Counted from the stretch's first letter, positions 1 through 8,849 are shown. The stretch is DNA of 64,000 bases from an uncultured Solirubrobacteraceae bacterium (GCA_963830595.1 CAWHMQ010000002.1:16864-80863); one strand, 5' to 3'. Notes: generated by a model not told the origin, from the letters alone. Program-made: numbers and translations.

Positions 1-356
1 AGCGCCTGGCCCGCGGCCCGGAACTTCGCGGCGGCGGCCGCGACCGTCGCCCGGTCGGTGGGCGAGAGGCTGGGCGACTGCGAGAACCGGTAGAGGAAGC
101 CGGCGCCGGCCTCGATGTCCTGCGCCGCCTTGACCGAGTCGTGCGTCAGGCCGCCCAGGTGGTTGGCGGCGGTCCTGGAGGGCGCGGGCAGCGGCTTGTT
201 GAGCGCGTCGAGGAGCCGGCTGCTCTGCCAGTAGCAGAGTCCGAAGGCGACGACCAGGACGGCTCCGCAGATCATCAGCCGGCTGCGCAGCTCGTCGAGG
301 TGATCGACGACGCTCAGCCGATCCTCATGCCCAATGGGCCGGAGAACCTTCGGCAT
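1..356 (-). CDS. tatC: Sec-independent protein translocase TatC, 5' part only (gene runs off the window start)
   Basis: Absent from the ORF track because it has no stop in the window. Minus-strand translation from the ATG at ~356 gives MPKVLRPIGHEDRLSVVDHLDELRSRLMICGAVLVVAFGLCYWQSSRLLDALNKPLP. This matches the TatC N-terminus (HLxELRxRL followed by the first TM). It lies about 18 nt downstream of tatA. Confidence 0.8.
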   Translation of the reverse strand, partial: MPKVLRPIGHEDRLSVVDHLDELRSRLMICGAVLVVAFGLCYWQSSRLLDALNKPLPAPSRTAANHLGGLTHDSVKAAQDIEAGAGFLYRFSQSPSLSPTDRATVAAAAAKFRAAGQA

Positions 357-374
357 CGGTGACGCTCGCGGGCG

Positions 375-671
375 CTAGGAGGAGCGCTCGGACCCGGCTG
401 AGCCAGATCCGGTGCGGGAAGCCGGCTCGCTGGGGGCCGGCGTCGACGGCGCGGTCGGCGTGGACGACCCGTTCGGCGTGTCCGGCGGCATCGTCCGGGA
501 CTCAGACAGCGACGGCTTCTCCTCGTCCTTGGATTCGCCGGTGATGCCCTCCTTGAACTCGCGCATCCCCTGGCCGAGGCCCTTGCCGATCCCCGGCAGC
601 CGCTTCGGCCCCAGGATCAGCAGGACGATGATGAGGACGACGATCAGGTCAACTGGTGGGCTACGGAACAT
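375..671 (-). CDS. tatA: Twin-arginine translocase subunit TatA/E
   Basis: 98-aa ORF. MFRSPPVDLIVVLIIVLLILGPKRLPGIGKGLGQGMREFKEG is the single TM helix, hinge and amphipathic helix typical of TatA, followed by an acidic/Pro-rich tail. Confidence 0.9.
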   Translation of the reverse strand: MFRSPPVDLIVVLIIVLLILGPKRLPGIGKGLGQGMREFKEGITGESKDEEKPSLSESRTMPPDTPNGSSTPTAPSTPAPSEPASRTGSGSAGSERSS

Positions 672-773
672 TGCTCAGAGGCCTCTCCGAAAGTGGGGAA
701 CAACAAGCGTACCGGTCAAACCTGTATACGGACGCGTTCGACGTGCAGATGCGTCCCGATCCCTCCCGCGCCG

Positions 774-1745
774 CTACGCGTAGCGCTCGACGACCCCGTC
801 GGCGACCAGCTCCAGCGCGGAGCGTTGGCGTTCCGGCAATCCGGCGAGCAGGTCCTTGGCCCCGGCGATCAGATCCAGGGCCTGGGCTCTGGCCACCTCC
901 AGGGCTCCGGTGTCGGCGATCCGGGCGCACACCGCCGCGGCCTGGGACGTGGACACGATCCTGCGCAGGTCCAGCGAGCTCAGCTCGGGGTCGCGCTCGC
1001 GGGCCACGATCATGGGCAGCGTCACGGTTCCGTCGAGCAGGTCCGCGCCCTGGGGCTTGCCGGTCCGCTCGGGTGGCCCGGTGACGTCGAGCACGTCGTC
1101 GAGCAGCTGGAACGCCACCCCGATCCGCTCGCCGAAGGCTCCGAGCGTCACCGTCTCGCCACCCCCCTGCAGCGCGCCGAGCTCACACGCCGCCCGGAAC
1201 AGAACCCCGGTCTTCAGCCGGCAGCGCTCGAGGTATCGCTCGCAGCTCACCACCTGCCACGAATCGGCGCGCTGCATGAGCTCACCGGCGGCCAGCTCCG
1301 AGCTGGCCACCGACAGCGAGCGCACCGAATCCGCCGAACGCGAGCGCACGAGCTCGGCGAAGGCGCGGGAGAACAGCAGGTCGCCGGTGGCCGTCGCGGC
1401 CAGCCGGCCCCCCGCGGCCACGACCGTCGGGCGGCCCCGTCGCAACGGTGAGCCGTCGAGCACATCGTCGTGCACCAGGGTGGCGCTGTGCAGGAGCTCG
1501 ACCGCCACCGCGGCGCCGAGCAGTCCCTCGGTCTCACGCGGGGGCGCGCCCGCGGCCAGGAACACCAGCAGCGGCCGCAGGCGCTTGCCGCCGGCCGCGA
1601 TCGTGTCGCCGGCGTGGCGCGACAGGGCCACGCCGTGGCCCGTGGCCAGGTCCTCGAGGCGCTGCTCGAGCGCGGCCATGAGGCGCAGCGCGGGTTCGCC
1701 TCCGGCCTCCAGCACGGCCCGCACCGAGCTCGAGGTCATGCTCAT
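774..1745 (-). CDS. hepT: Long-chain trans-polyprenyl diphosphate synthase (HepT/component II-like)
   Basis: ORF 774..1943 trimmed to Met67, whose ATG overlaps the menG stop (ATGA at 1742-1745). Both Asp-rich motifs are present: LVHDDVLDGSPLRRG and FQLLDDVLDV. Confidence 0.88.
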   Translation of the reverse strand: MSMTSSSVRAVLEAGGEPALRLMAALEQRLEDLATGHGVALSRHAGDTIAAGGKRLRPLLVFLAAGAPPRETEGLLGAAVAVELLHSATLVHDDVLDGSPLRRGRPTVVAAGGRLAATATGDLLFSRAFAELVRSRSADSVRSLSVASSELAAGELMQRADSWQVVSCERYLERCRLKTGVLFRAACELGALQGGGETVTLGAFGERIGVAFQLLDDVLDVTGPPERTGKPQGADLLDGTVTLPMIVARERDPELSSLDLRRIVSTSQAAAVCARIADTGALEVARAQALDLIAGAKDLLAGLPERQRSALELVADGVVERYA

Positions 1746-2539
1746 GCCGGGACCTCGCCCACGTGCAACGCGATGATCCCGCCCGCGGTCACCAGATACC
1801 GCACCCCCCGCAGCCCCGATGACCACATCATGGCCGCCAGCGGCTCGGGCGCGGGAAACCGCCGGACCGAGCTGGGCAGGTAGCTGTAGGCGTCGGGATC
1901 GCCGGCCAGTCGTCCCAGCGCCGGAACGATCCGATCGAACCACAGCTCGAAAAAGGTCGAGAGCGGAGGCGCTGTCGGCGTGGTGATCTCGAGCACGACG
2001 ACCCGGCCGCCAGGACGCACCACCCGGGTCATCTCGGCCAGGCCGCGGTCGAGGTCTGAGAAGTTGCGGGCTCCGAAGCCGACCGTGGCCGCAGCGAACT
2101 CGTCGTCGCGGTAGGGGAGCCCCAGCGCGTTGGCCTGCTCGAAACGCAGCTCCACATCCGCGGGCACCCCAGAGCCGGAGCCGCCGGAGCCGCCAGAGGC
2201 CGCCTTCTGACGGGCCAGCTCGAGCATCCCCTCGGAGAAGTCGGCTCCCACCACCGCGCCTCCGGGGGCCACGCGGCGGGCGAGCTCGAACGCCAGGTCG
2301 CCCGTGCCGGTGGCCACGTCGAGCGCGCGGTCCCCGGGGCTCAGCGCGGCCTGGTCGGCGGCGCGCCGGCGCCAGTGGTGATGCAGGCCCGCGGTCATGA
2401 CCGAGTTCATCCGGTCATAGACGCCCGCGATGCGGTCGAACATCGCCCGCACCTGGGGCTCGGCCAGCGTCCCGGGCGTGGAGCCCGGCCCGCCCACCCC
2501 GCCCGCCCCGCCGGTGGGCGGCGACGCACTCGCCGTCAT
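1742..2539 (-). CDS. menG: Demethylmenaquinone methyltransferase (UbiE/MenG family)
   Basis: ORF 1742..2767 trimmed to Met77 (MTASAS...). It carries the UbiE signature MFDRIAGVYDRMNSVMTAGLHHHWRR and the SAM motif ALDVATGTGDLA. The 5' extension of the raw ORF overlaps qcrC. Confidence 0.88.
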   Translation of the reverse strand: MTASASPPTGGAGGVGGPGSTPGTLAEPQVRAMFDRIAGVYDRMNSVMTAGLHHHWRRRAADQAALSPGDRALDVATGTGDLAFELARRVAPGGAVVGADFSEGMLELARQKAASGGSGGSGSGVPADVELRFEQANALGLPYRDDEFAAATVGFGARNFSDLDRGLAEMTRVVRPGGRVVVLEITTPTAPPLSTFFELWFDRIVPALGRLAGDPDAYSYLPSSVRRFPAPEPLAAMMWSSGLRGVRYLVTAGGIIALHVGEVPA

Positions 2540-2562
2540 GGCTGTGAGGTCCCGGTCCGCGA

Positions 2563-3300
2563 CTACTGAAGCTCGGCCAGGAAGTTGACCAGGTTGTTGA
2601 ACTTGTCCGGATACTGCTGGGCCAGGCCCGCGAACGAGGGCATCGGCGCCGTCGGGTTGCGCAGCGTCGAGGCGATCGCCTGGGGACGCAGGATCGAGCC
2701 GATCTTGGTCAGCGGCGGACCCGGGCCGTTGTTGCCGTTGTCCCCGAGCACGTGACAGGCCAGGCATCCAGACTGGCCTACCACCAGCGCCCCGGCTTGG
2801 AACGTGGCCTTCTGAGACGCGGTCAGGTTGGCGGGCGGCTTCATGTCGACGGAGTTCGGCGAGCCGGTGTTGGCCCCCGAATAGGTCAGGAAGGCCATCG
2901 CGAAGATGGTCGTGAGTCCCGCGACCAGCGCCACCGGACGGCGCTCGATCCGCCGCTCGGGGCTGCGGTCATAGAAGGGCAGCAGGAACAGCAGGATCAT
3001 GCAGATCGTCGGCACCCCGATGGTCGCCATGTCCGTGAACTTCGGGACGTTCTTCATCACCCGCAGCACCTCGAACAGGAAGTAGAAGTACCAGTCCGGG
3101 CGCGGCACGTAGGTGGTGGTCGTGGGATCGACCTTGGGCCCCATCTCGGCGCCGAACATGGCCGCCAGGAAGATGATCACGGCTACCACGATCACCGCCA
3201 TGATCGAGTCCTTGGCGACGGCGTAGGGGAAGAACGGCTTGCCCTCGTTCTTCAGGATCGAGTATTCGCGGAGGTAGGCCTCCTTCTCGGCCTGGTTCAT
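2563..3300 (-). CDS. qcrC: Menaquinol:cytochrome c reductase subunit QcrC-like (subunit IV-like membrane domain fused to a mono-heme cytochrome c)
   Basis: The N-terminal part has 3 TM helices with the Qo-site motif PDWYFYFLFEVLR (a PEWY variant). The C-terminal part has heme c motif CLACH and a downstream APMP (Met ligand). This is the same architecture as Bacillus QcrC. Confidence 0.85.
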   Translation of the reverse strand: MNQAEKEAYLREYSILKNEGKPFFPYAVAKDSIMAVIVVAVIIFLAAMFGAEMGPKVDPTTTTYVPRPDWYFYFLFEVLRVMKNVPKFTDMATIGVPTICMILLFLLPFYDRSPERRIERRPVALVAGLTTIFAMAFLTYSGANTGSPNSVDMKPPANLTASQKATFQAGALVVGQSGCLACHVLGDNGNNGPGPPLTKIGSILRPQAIASTLRNPTAPMPSFAGLAQQYPDKFNNLVNFLAELQ

Positions 3301-3325
3301 CGATCGCCTGGCCGGGTGGGCGTTG

Positions 3326-4132
3326 TCATACCTTGGCCTCGCGGATCTCGGGCTCTTCCTCGGCCTTGAGCCACGGCGGAGCGGAGATCCCCAGCTTCGT
3401 GATCAGGTACAGATGGGCGCCGATCAGGGCAGCGATCAGCCCCGGGAGCAGCAGCATGTGGATGGCATAGAAGCGCGACAGCGTCGTGGCCCCGAACTCG
3501 GGCCCGGCGCGCAGGAAGTCAGACAGGTAGGGGCCGATGAACGGGCCTGTGCCGTTGATGTTGACGCCCACGATCGTCGCCCAGTAGGACTGCTGATCAA
3601 ACGGCAGCAGGTAACCGGTGAAGCCCATCGCCAGTGTCAGGATCAACAGCACGACGCCGATGATCCAGGTCAGCTCCCGCGGATACTTGTACGCCCCGAA
3701 GAAGAACACGCGCGCCATGTGCAAGAAGATCAGGATGATCATCACCGAGGCGCCCCATTTGTGCATGGCCCGCACCAGCTGGCCCAGGAACGCGTCGTCG
3801 GTGATGTACCGGATCGACTCATACGCCCCGCCCGAGGCGTCCGGCCGGTAGAACATCGCCAGGAACACGCCGGTGACCGCCTGATTGAGAAACGCGAACA
3901 GGGTCGCCGAGCCGAGCGTGTAGAACCAGTTGATCCCCCGCGGGACCTTGCGGAACATCAGCCAGCGCACGCCCCCTGACATCGAGGTGCGCTCGTCGAT
4001 CCAGTCGACGACGGTGATCCCGGCCTCGGCCGTCGCGTCGACCGGGTCCATCCGGCCGTTGCCGTTCTCGCCGGGACGCTTGGGCGGAGGCTGAAGAGCC
4101 TTGGGAAGGGGGGGAGCGGGAAGCTTGGGCAC
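3326..4132 (-). CDS. qcrB: Cytochrome b6-like subunit (short, N-terminal half of cytochrome b) QcrB
   Basis: 268-aa ORF with 4 TM helices and conserved His pairs (FLHMARVFFFGAYK; RFYAIHMLLLPGLIAALIGAHLYL). VVDWIDER aligns with the Bacillus QcrB N-terminus. The track start is GTG at 4132; an internal ATG at ~4051 (MDPVD...) is an alternative start. Confidence 0.88.
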   Translation of the reverse strand: MPKLPAPPLPKALQPPPKRPGENGNGRMDPVDATAEAGITVVDWIDERTSMSGGVRWLMFRKVPRGINWFYTLGSATLFAFLNQAVTGVFLAMFYRPDASGGAYESIRYITDDAFLGQLVRAMHKWGASVMIILIFLHMARVFFFGAYKYPRELTWIIGVVLLILTLAMGFTGYLLPFDQQSYWATIVGVNINGTGPFIGPYLSDFLRAGPEFGATTLSRFYAIHMLLLPGLIAALIGAHLYLITKLGISAPPWLKAEEEPEIREAKV

Positions 4133-4138
4133 GGCGGA

Positions 4139-4768
4139 TCAGTTCTTGGGGAGCACGGAGGTGTCGAACCGTGCGGGGTACAGATATTGCCCGATCCCGT
4201 CCAGCGGCTGACCCGGATCACGCGGGGAGAAGCGGTGCAGCTCGGAGTTGACCGAATACCGAGGCCCGATCTCGACCAGGCCGGAGCTCTGGTTCAGCCG
4301 CGTGTAGAAGCGGTCCAGGGGCCGCACCGGAGGGCCGCCGGCCACCATGCCGCGAAAGTCGTAGACGCCACCATGGCACGGGCAGATGAAGCGCTCGGCG
4401 GCGGCCACGAAGCGCACCGGACAGCCGAGGTGCATGCACCGCGAGGAGAGCGCGATCCAGTGGTTGTACTGATCCTCGTGTTCGGTGTCGATCCCCGGGT
4501 CACGCGCCCGCACGTAGGCGATCGTGTTGCCGGCCTCCCCGATGCCCTGGACGATCGTGATCACCTTGGTGGCGTACGTCGTCTCGGTGAAGTCGCTCGG
4601 GGGCCCGATCGGCTGCCAATTGAACGGCTCGCGGCTGAAGATCGGCCCGATAGCAAAGCCCAGCGCCGGGAGCGTGAACGCCGCCGCGGCCACGAGACCG
4701 GAACCCTGGGTGACCAGGTTCATGAACCGCCGGCGCGTGACCGTCTCCCCCTCGAAGGAGCCGGGCAT
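4139..4768 (-). CDS. qcrA: Rieske [2Fe-2S] subunit QcrA with twin-arginine signal
   Basis: Cluster boxes CMHLGCPV and CPCHGGVYD are present. The Tat motif TRRRFMNLV is followed by a hydrophobic helix. I prefer the ATG at 4768 (MPGSFEGETVTRRRF); the raw ORF extends to a TTG at 4837 through codons of atypically low GC. Confidence 0.88.
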   Translation of the reverse strand: MPGSFEGETVTRRRFMNLVTQGSGLVAAAAFTLPALGFAIGPIFSREPFNWQPIGPPSDFTETTYATKVITIVQGIGEAGNTIAYVRARDPGIDTEHEDQYNHWIALSSRCMHLGCPVRFVAAAERFICPCHGGVYDFRGMVAGGPPVRPLDRFYTRLNQSSGLVEIGPRYSVNSELHRFSPRDPGQPLDGIGQYLYPARFDTSVLPKN

Positions 4769-4895
4769 CTGCCGGTCAGCGGTGTATTTGGATTTGCGTC
4801 CTTGTCGATGCCGATCTGCCACGGGCGCCTTCTTCAACGGCGGCTAAGCCACATTGAATCCTTCATAAAGCGTACCGTCAACAATGAGGCGGGCG

Positions 4896-5438
4896 TCACG
4901 AGCCCGGCCCTTCAGCCGGTGCTTGCAGGGCTTTCCGGGCCGCGCCGAGCAGCGCCTCCCGGGCGCCGTCCGCGCCTGCCCGGGCCAGCGCCTTGGCGGC
5001 CTCGTGCTCGGAGCCGGCACCCCACCCGACGGCGATCGCCCCCGCCTCCCAAACGGCCCGGGCGAGCTCCGGGTCCGAGGCCGCCTGAGCCTGGGCGAGC
5101 AGCGAGATGAGATCGGCGAGCTCGGCGACCGCGTCCAGATCGCCCAGCGCGGCCAGGCGGGAGAGCCCGAGCGCATACAGCTGATCGCCGAGCAAGAGCG
5201 CGAGGTCGGGGTCCTCGCAGCGCACCACGCGGGGGGAGCCGTAATGCAGCAGCGACCCCTCGAGGATCATCTCCAGCAGCAGCTCGTACTCGCGCTCGGC
5301 CCCGGCGGCTCGCGGTCCCCGAGCGGCCAGCTGCGGCGGCCCCGGGGCCCGTGAGACCCCCTCGGCCGTCGGGTCCAGGCTCTGCGCGATCGTGCCGCCG
5401 CGCTCGCGCAGCGCCTCGCTCAGGTCGGTCAGGGTCAT
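4896..5438 (-). CDS. Hypothetical protein; possible catalytically dead prenyl-synthase-like small subunit
   Basis: 180-aa ORF whose ATG overlaps the hemL stop (ATGA). The segment LLHYGSPRVVRCEDPDLALLLGDQLYALGLSRLAALGD resembles the region after the first Asp-rich motif of polyprenyl synthases, but the DDxxD motif is missing. The call rests on by-eye similarity only. Confidence 0.55.
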   Translation of the reverse strand: MTLTDLSEALRERGGTIAQSLDPTAEGVSRAPGPPQLAARGPRAAGAEREYELLLEMILEGSLLHYGSPRVVRCEDPDLALLLGDQLYALGLSRLAALGDLDAVAELADLISLLAQAQAASDPELARAVWEAGAIAVGWGAGSEHEAAKALARAGADGAREALLGAARKALQAPAEGPGS

Positions 5439-6745
5439 GATCGCGGCTGGAGCTCGGCGAACGCCTCGGCGGCGGCCTGAAGCGTGAGCTCCACGTGCTC
5501 ATCGGCGTGCGCCAGCGACGGAAACCAGGCCTCGAACTGCGACGGCGGCGGGTAGACGCCGCGGTCCAGCAGCCCCCGGCACCAGCGCGCGTACGCGTCG
5601 GTGTCGCAGGCCGCGGCGGCGGCGTAGTCGGCGATCGGGCGCTCGGAGAAGAAGACCGTCATCAGCCCGGGCAGGCTCTGGACCTGCACCGCCACCCCCG
5701 CCTGCCGAGCTGCGGTCCGCATCCCGCCCGCCAGCCGCTCGGTGGTGGCCGCCAGCCGCTCGTAGGCGGGCTCTGAGAGCTCCTGGAGCGTCGCCAGCGC
5801 CGCTGCCACGGCCAGCGGGTTGCCCGACAGGGTGCCCGCCTGGTAGACGTCTCCGGCCGGCGCGATGTGCTGCATCAGCTCTCGGGAGCCGCCGTAGGCG
5901 GCCGCGGGAAGCCCTCCGCCGACGATCTTGCCCATGATCGTCAGGTCAGGGAGCACCCCGAACCGGTCCTGGGCGCCACCGCGGGCCACGCGGAAGCCGC
6001 TGATCACCTCGTCGAAGATGAGCAGCGCGCCGCAGTCGTCGGCGGCTTGGCGCAGCAGCTCCAGGAACCCGCCGTGCGCGGGCACCACGCCCATATTGGC
6101 CGGGACCGGCTCGGCGAGGATCCCGGCCAGGCCCCGGCCCGCGTCACCCTTGGTGGCCGCGCGCAGGCGGTCGGGGTCGTTCCAGGGCACGATCACGGTC
6201 TCGGCGGCCGCCGCCGCGGGCACGCCGGGACTGGCCGGGATGCCCTGGGTGGCCAGCCCGGAGCCCGCCTGGGCGAGCAGGCCGTCGACGTGACCGTGGT
6301 AGGCGCCGGCGAACTTGAGCACCTGCTCGCGCCCGGTCACGGCCCGGGCCAGGCGCAGCGCGCTCATCGTCGCCTCGGTGCCCGACGAGGTCATGCGCAG
6401 CATCTGCACCGAGGGGATTCGCTCGGCGACCTGCTCGGCCAGCCGCACCTCGCCCGCCGTGGGCGCGCCGAAGCTGGTCCCCCGAGCCGCCGCCTCGATG
6501 ACGGCGTCGATCACCACCGGAGGCGCGTGCCCGAGGATCAGGGGGCCCCACGAGCACACCCAGTCGACGTACTCGATGCCATCGACATCGCGGATCAGCG
6601 GTCCCTGGCCCGAGGCGATGAAGATCGGATCGCGACCGATCGAGCCCATCGCTCGCACCGGCGAGTTGACCCCGCCGGGGAGCACGTGCCGCGCCCGCTC
6701 GTAGAGCCGCGAGGAGCGTTCGGTGTCAGCCGTGAGCCCGCTCAC
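5435..6745 (-). CDS. hemL: Glutamate-1-semialdehyde 2,1-aminomutase
   Basis: Raw ORF 5435..7531 trimmed to an in-frame GTG that overlaps the upstream stop (GTGA at 6742-6745). Motifs: LYERARHVLPGGVNSPVRA, SWGPLILGH, the PLP-lysine motif MGKIVGGGLP, and GTLSGNPLA. The upstream 262 codons of the raw ORF overlap ahbAB in another frame. Confidence 0.92.
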   Translation of the reverse strand: MSGLTADTERSSRLYERARHVLPGGVNSPVRAMGSIGRDPIFIASGQGPLIRDVDGIEYVDWVCSWGPLILGHAPPVVIDAVIEAAARGTSFGAPTAGEVRLAEQVAERIPSVQMLRMTSSGTEATMSALRLARAVTGREQVLKFAGAYHGHVDGLLAQAGSGLATQGIPASPGVPAAAAAETVIVPWNDPDRLRAATKGDAGRGLAGILAEPVPANMGVVPAHGGFLELLRQAADDCGALLIFDEVISGFRVARGGAQDRFGVLPDLTIMGKIVGGGLPAAAYGGSRELMQHIAPAGDVYQAGTLSGNPLAVAAALATLQELSEPAYERLAATTERLAGGMRTAARQAGVAVQVQSLPGLMTVFFSERPIADYAAAAACDTDAYARWCRGLLDRGVYPPPSQFEAWFPSLAHADEHVELTLQAAAEAFAELQPRS

Positions 6746-7887
6746 ACGCCGGCGTGCTCGCGCTCCCAGGACCGGTAGTCCCCGGTGAAGTAGAGCAGGC
6801 GGATCTTCTTGAACTCGGTCGAGGAGTACAGGGTGGCCCGCTCCTCGATCCCGGTATCGGCGGCGATCGAGTCGAGGATCGCGTCGCACTCCTCCTTGGA
6901 GCGACCGTGGGCCATCGTGAACACCGAGTAGGGCCAGTCCTGGTAGGTGGGCCGCTGGTAGCAGTGCGAGATGCCGCGAAACGACGCCATCCGCATGCCC
7001 AGCTCCAGGATGCGATCGTCGGGGATCTTCCACACGCCCATCCCGTTGGCGCTGAACCCGGCGCGGCGGTGAAACAGGATCGCCGCCACCCGGCGCAGCA
7101 GCCGGCGCTCCCGCATGCCGTCGAGGTGGCTCAGGAGCTCTGACTGCGCGATCCCGAGCTCCTGAGCGGCCGGGGCGTAGGGCTCGGGGATCACCGGGAG
7201 GTCCCCCTGCAGCGCTCGGATGACCGCTTTGTCGAACTCGTCGTAGGGCTGAGGCTCGGTCTCGGCGGGCGCGACGGCCTGGGCGGCCTTGGCCAGCGCG
7301 TCGGTGCCGGCCTCCATCTCGAGATCCATGCGGATCTTGAACAGCTTCAGCGTCGGGAGCTGGCGCACCGACTCGGCGCCGGCGATCCCAGCCAGCACCT
7401 CGAGCGTCCCGTCCAGGCCCAGGGGGGAGTCCGGTTCGGTGGCGATCGTGAACCAGATGTTGAACTCGTGGTTTCGCAGGTAGTTGTGCGAGACCCCGGG
7501 GTGGGCGTTGATGATGTTGGCGGCGCGCCACGGGTTCTCGGGATCGACCTTGGCGGCCACCAGCATCGAGGAGTAGCCCAGCGCCCGGGTGTCGAAGATC
7601 GGCGTGACCTGGCGGATGATCCGCTCGTCGAGCAGGCGCCGGACGCGGGCCATCGCCTCGTCCTCGGTGATCTGGGCCTGGCCGGCCACGTGCTGGTAGG
7701 GCCGGGGGGCGATCGGGAACTGGCCCTGCATCAGGTTGAGCAGGCGCTTGTCCAGGTCGTCGAGCGCGATCGCCGCGCCCTGCGTGCGGGAGCGCAGCTT
7801 GGGTCCGTGCTGTGACCCGGTCGGCTCGGTGCGGCCGTCGCGTGACGTTGCGGTCCTGCCGGTCCCCGGGGTGTCTATTGCAGCCAT
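6742..7887 (-). CDS. ahbAB: Fused AhbA/AhbB (NirD/NirL-like) siroheme decarboxylase-family protein, two Lrp/AsnC-like halves
   Basis: 381 aa with two tandem copies of the NirD/L/G/H-type module. Half 1: [21 protein letters not shown]...[20 protein letters not shown]. Half 2: [19 protein letters not shown]...[27 protein letters not shown]. It is flanked by hemB and hemL, overlapping both. Confidence 0.75.
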   Translation of the reverse strand: MAAIDTPGTGRTATSRDGRTEPTGSQHGPKLRSRTQGAAIALDDLDKRLLNLMQGQFPIAPRPYQHVAGQAQITEDEAMARVRRLLDERIIRQVTPIFDTRALGYSSMLVAAKVDPENPWRAANIINAHPGVSHNYLRNHEFNIWFTIATEPDSPLGLDGTLEVLAGIAGAESVRQLPTLKLFKIRMDLEMEAGTDALAKAAQAVAPAETEPQPYDEFDKAVIRALQGDLPVIPEPYAPAAQELGIAQSELLSHLDGMRERRLLRRVAAILFHRRAGFSANGMGVWKIPDDRILELGMRMASFRGISHCYQRPTYQDWPYSVFTMAHGRSKEECDAILDSIAADTGIEERATLYSSTEFKKIRLLYFTGDYRSWEREHAGV

Positions 7888-8849
7888 CGAGCAGCGTCCT
7901 TGGCGTGGTAGGTGATGATGATGTCGGCCCCGGCCCGGCGGATCGAGGTCAGGGCCTCGAGCACGGCGGCGCGCTCGTCGAGATAGCCGGCGGCGGCCGC
8001 CGCCTTGAGCATCGAGTACTCGCCGCTGACGTTGTAGGCGGCCACCGGCAACTGAGTGTCGTCCTTGATCGTGCGGATGACGTCCAGATAGGGCAGCGCG
8101 GGCTTGACGATCAGGATGTCGGCCCCCTCCTCGACGTCGAGCCGGGCCTCTCGCATCGCCTCGCTGCCGTTCGCCGGATCCATCTGGTAGCCGCGGCGGT
8201 CGCCGAAGGCAGGCGCTGAATCGGCGGCCACCCGGAACGGCCCGTAGAAGGCGGAGGCGAACTTGGCCGAGTAGGCCATGATCGGGGTGTCGGTGAAGCC
8301 CTCGTCGTCAAGGGCGGTCCGGATCGTGCCCACGCGGCCGTCCATCATGTCGCTGGGGGCGATGATGTCGGCGCCCGCGCGGGCCTGGGAGACCGCGGTG
8401 CGCGAGAGCAGCTCCAGCGTCTGATCGTTGTCGACGACACCGTCGGAGCGCACGATGCCGCAGTGCCCGTGGCTGGTGTACTCGCACAGGCACAGATCGG
8501 TCACGACCAGGAGCTCGGGGTGAGCTTCCTTGATCGCTCGCGTGGCCAGCTGCACGATCCCCTCCTCGTCCCAGGCGCCCGACCCCTCTTCGTCCTTGAC
8601 CGCGGGAAGTCCGAACAGGAGCACGGCCGGGATGCCGAGCGCCCGAGCCTCCCCGGCCTCGGCGACGGCGTGAGCGATCGAGAGATGGTCGACGCCGGGC
8701 ATCTCGGCGATCGGCTCGCGCCGATCGATGCCGTGGGCTACGAACATCGGGTAGACGAAGTCGGCGGCCTCCAGGCGGGTCTCGCGCACCAGACCGCGAA
8801 GCGCTCGGGTCGCCCGAAGGCGGCGCAGGCGAGTTTGCGGAAACGACAT
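7875..8849 (-). CDS. hemB: Porphobilinogen synthase (delta-aminolevulinate dehydratase), Zn-type
   Basis: Raw ORF trimmed to Met20 ([12 protein letters not shown], the typical HemB start). It has the Cys-rich Zn site [14 protein letters not shown] and the conserved motifs [13 protein letters not shown] and YQMDPAN. Confidence 0.92.
   Translation of the reverse strand: MSFPQTRLRRLRATRALRGLVRETRLEAADFVYPMFVAHGIDRREPIAEMPGVDHLSIAHAVAEAGEARALGIPAVLLFGLPAVKDEEGSGAWDEEGIVQLATRAIKEAHPELLVVTDLCLCEYTSHGHCGIVRSDGVVDNDQTLELLSRTAVSQARAGADIIAPSDMMDGRVGTIRTALDDEGFTDTPIMAYSAKFASAFYGPFRVAADSAPAFGDRRGYQMDPANGSEAMREARLDVEEGADILIVKPALPYLDVIRTIKDDTQLPVAAYNVSGEYSMLKAAAAAGYLDERAAVLEALTSIRRAGADIIITYHAKDAARWLQ

Noticed and set aside
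6746-7531. 5' extension of the hemL ORF (698 aa in the track). Comparable extensions occur on ORFs 14251..16551, 11997..13973, 774..1943, 1742..2767, 43196..45211 and 24813..27371.
   Set aside because: The extensions are Arg/Pro/Gly-rich and overlap well-supported upstream genes in other frames. In each case an in-frame start overlaps or closely follows the upstream stop (ATGA/GTGA).
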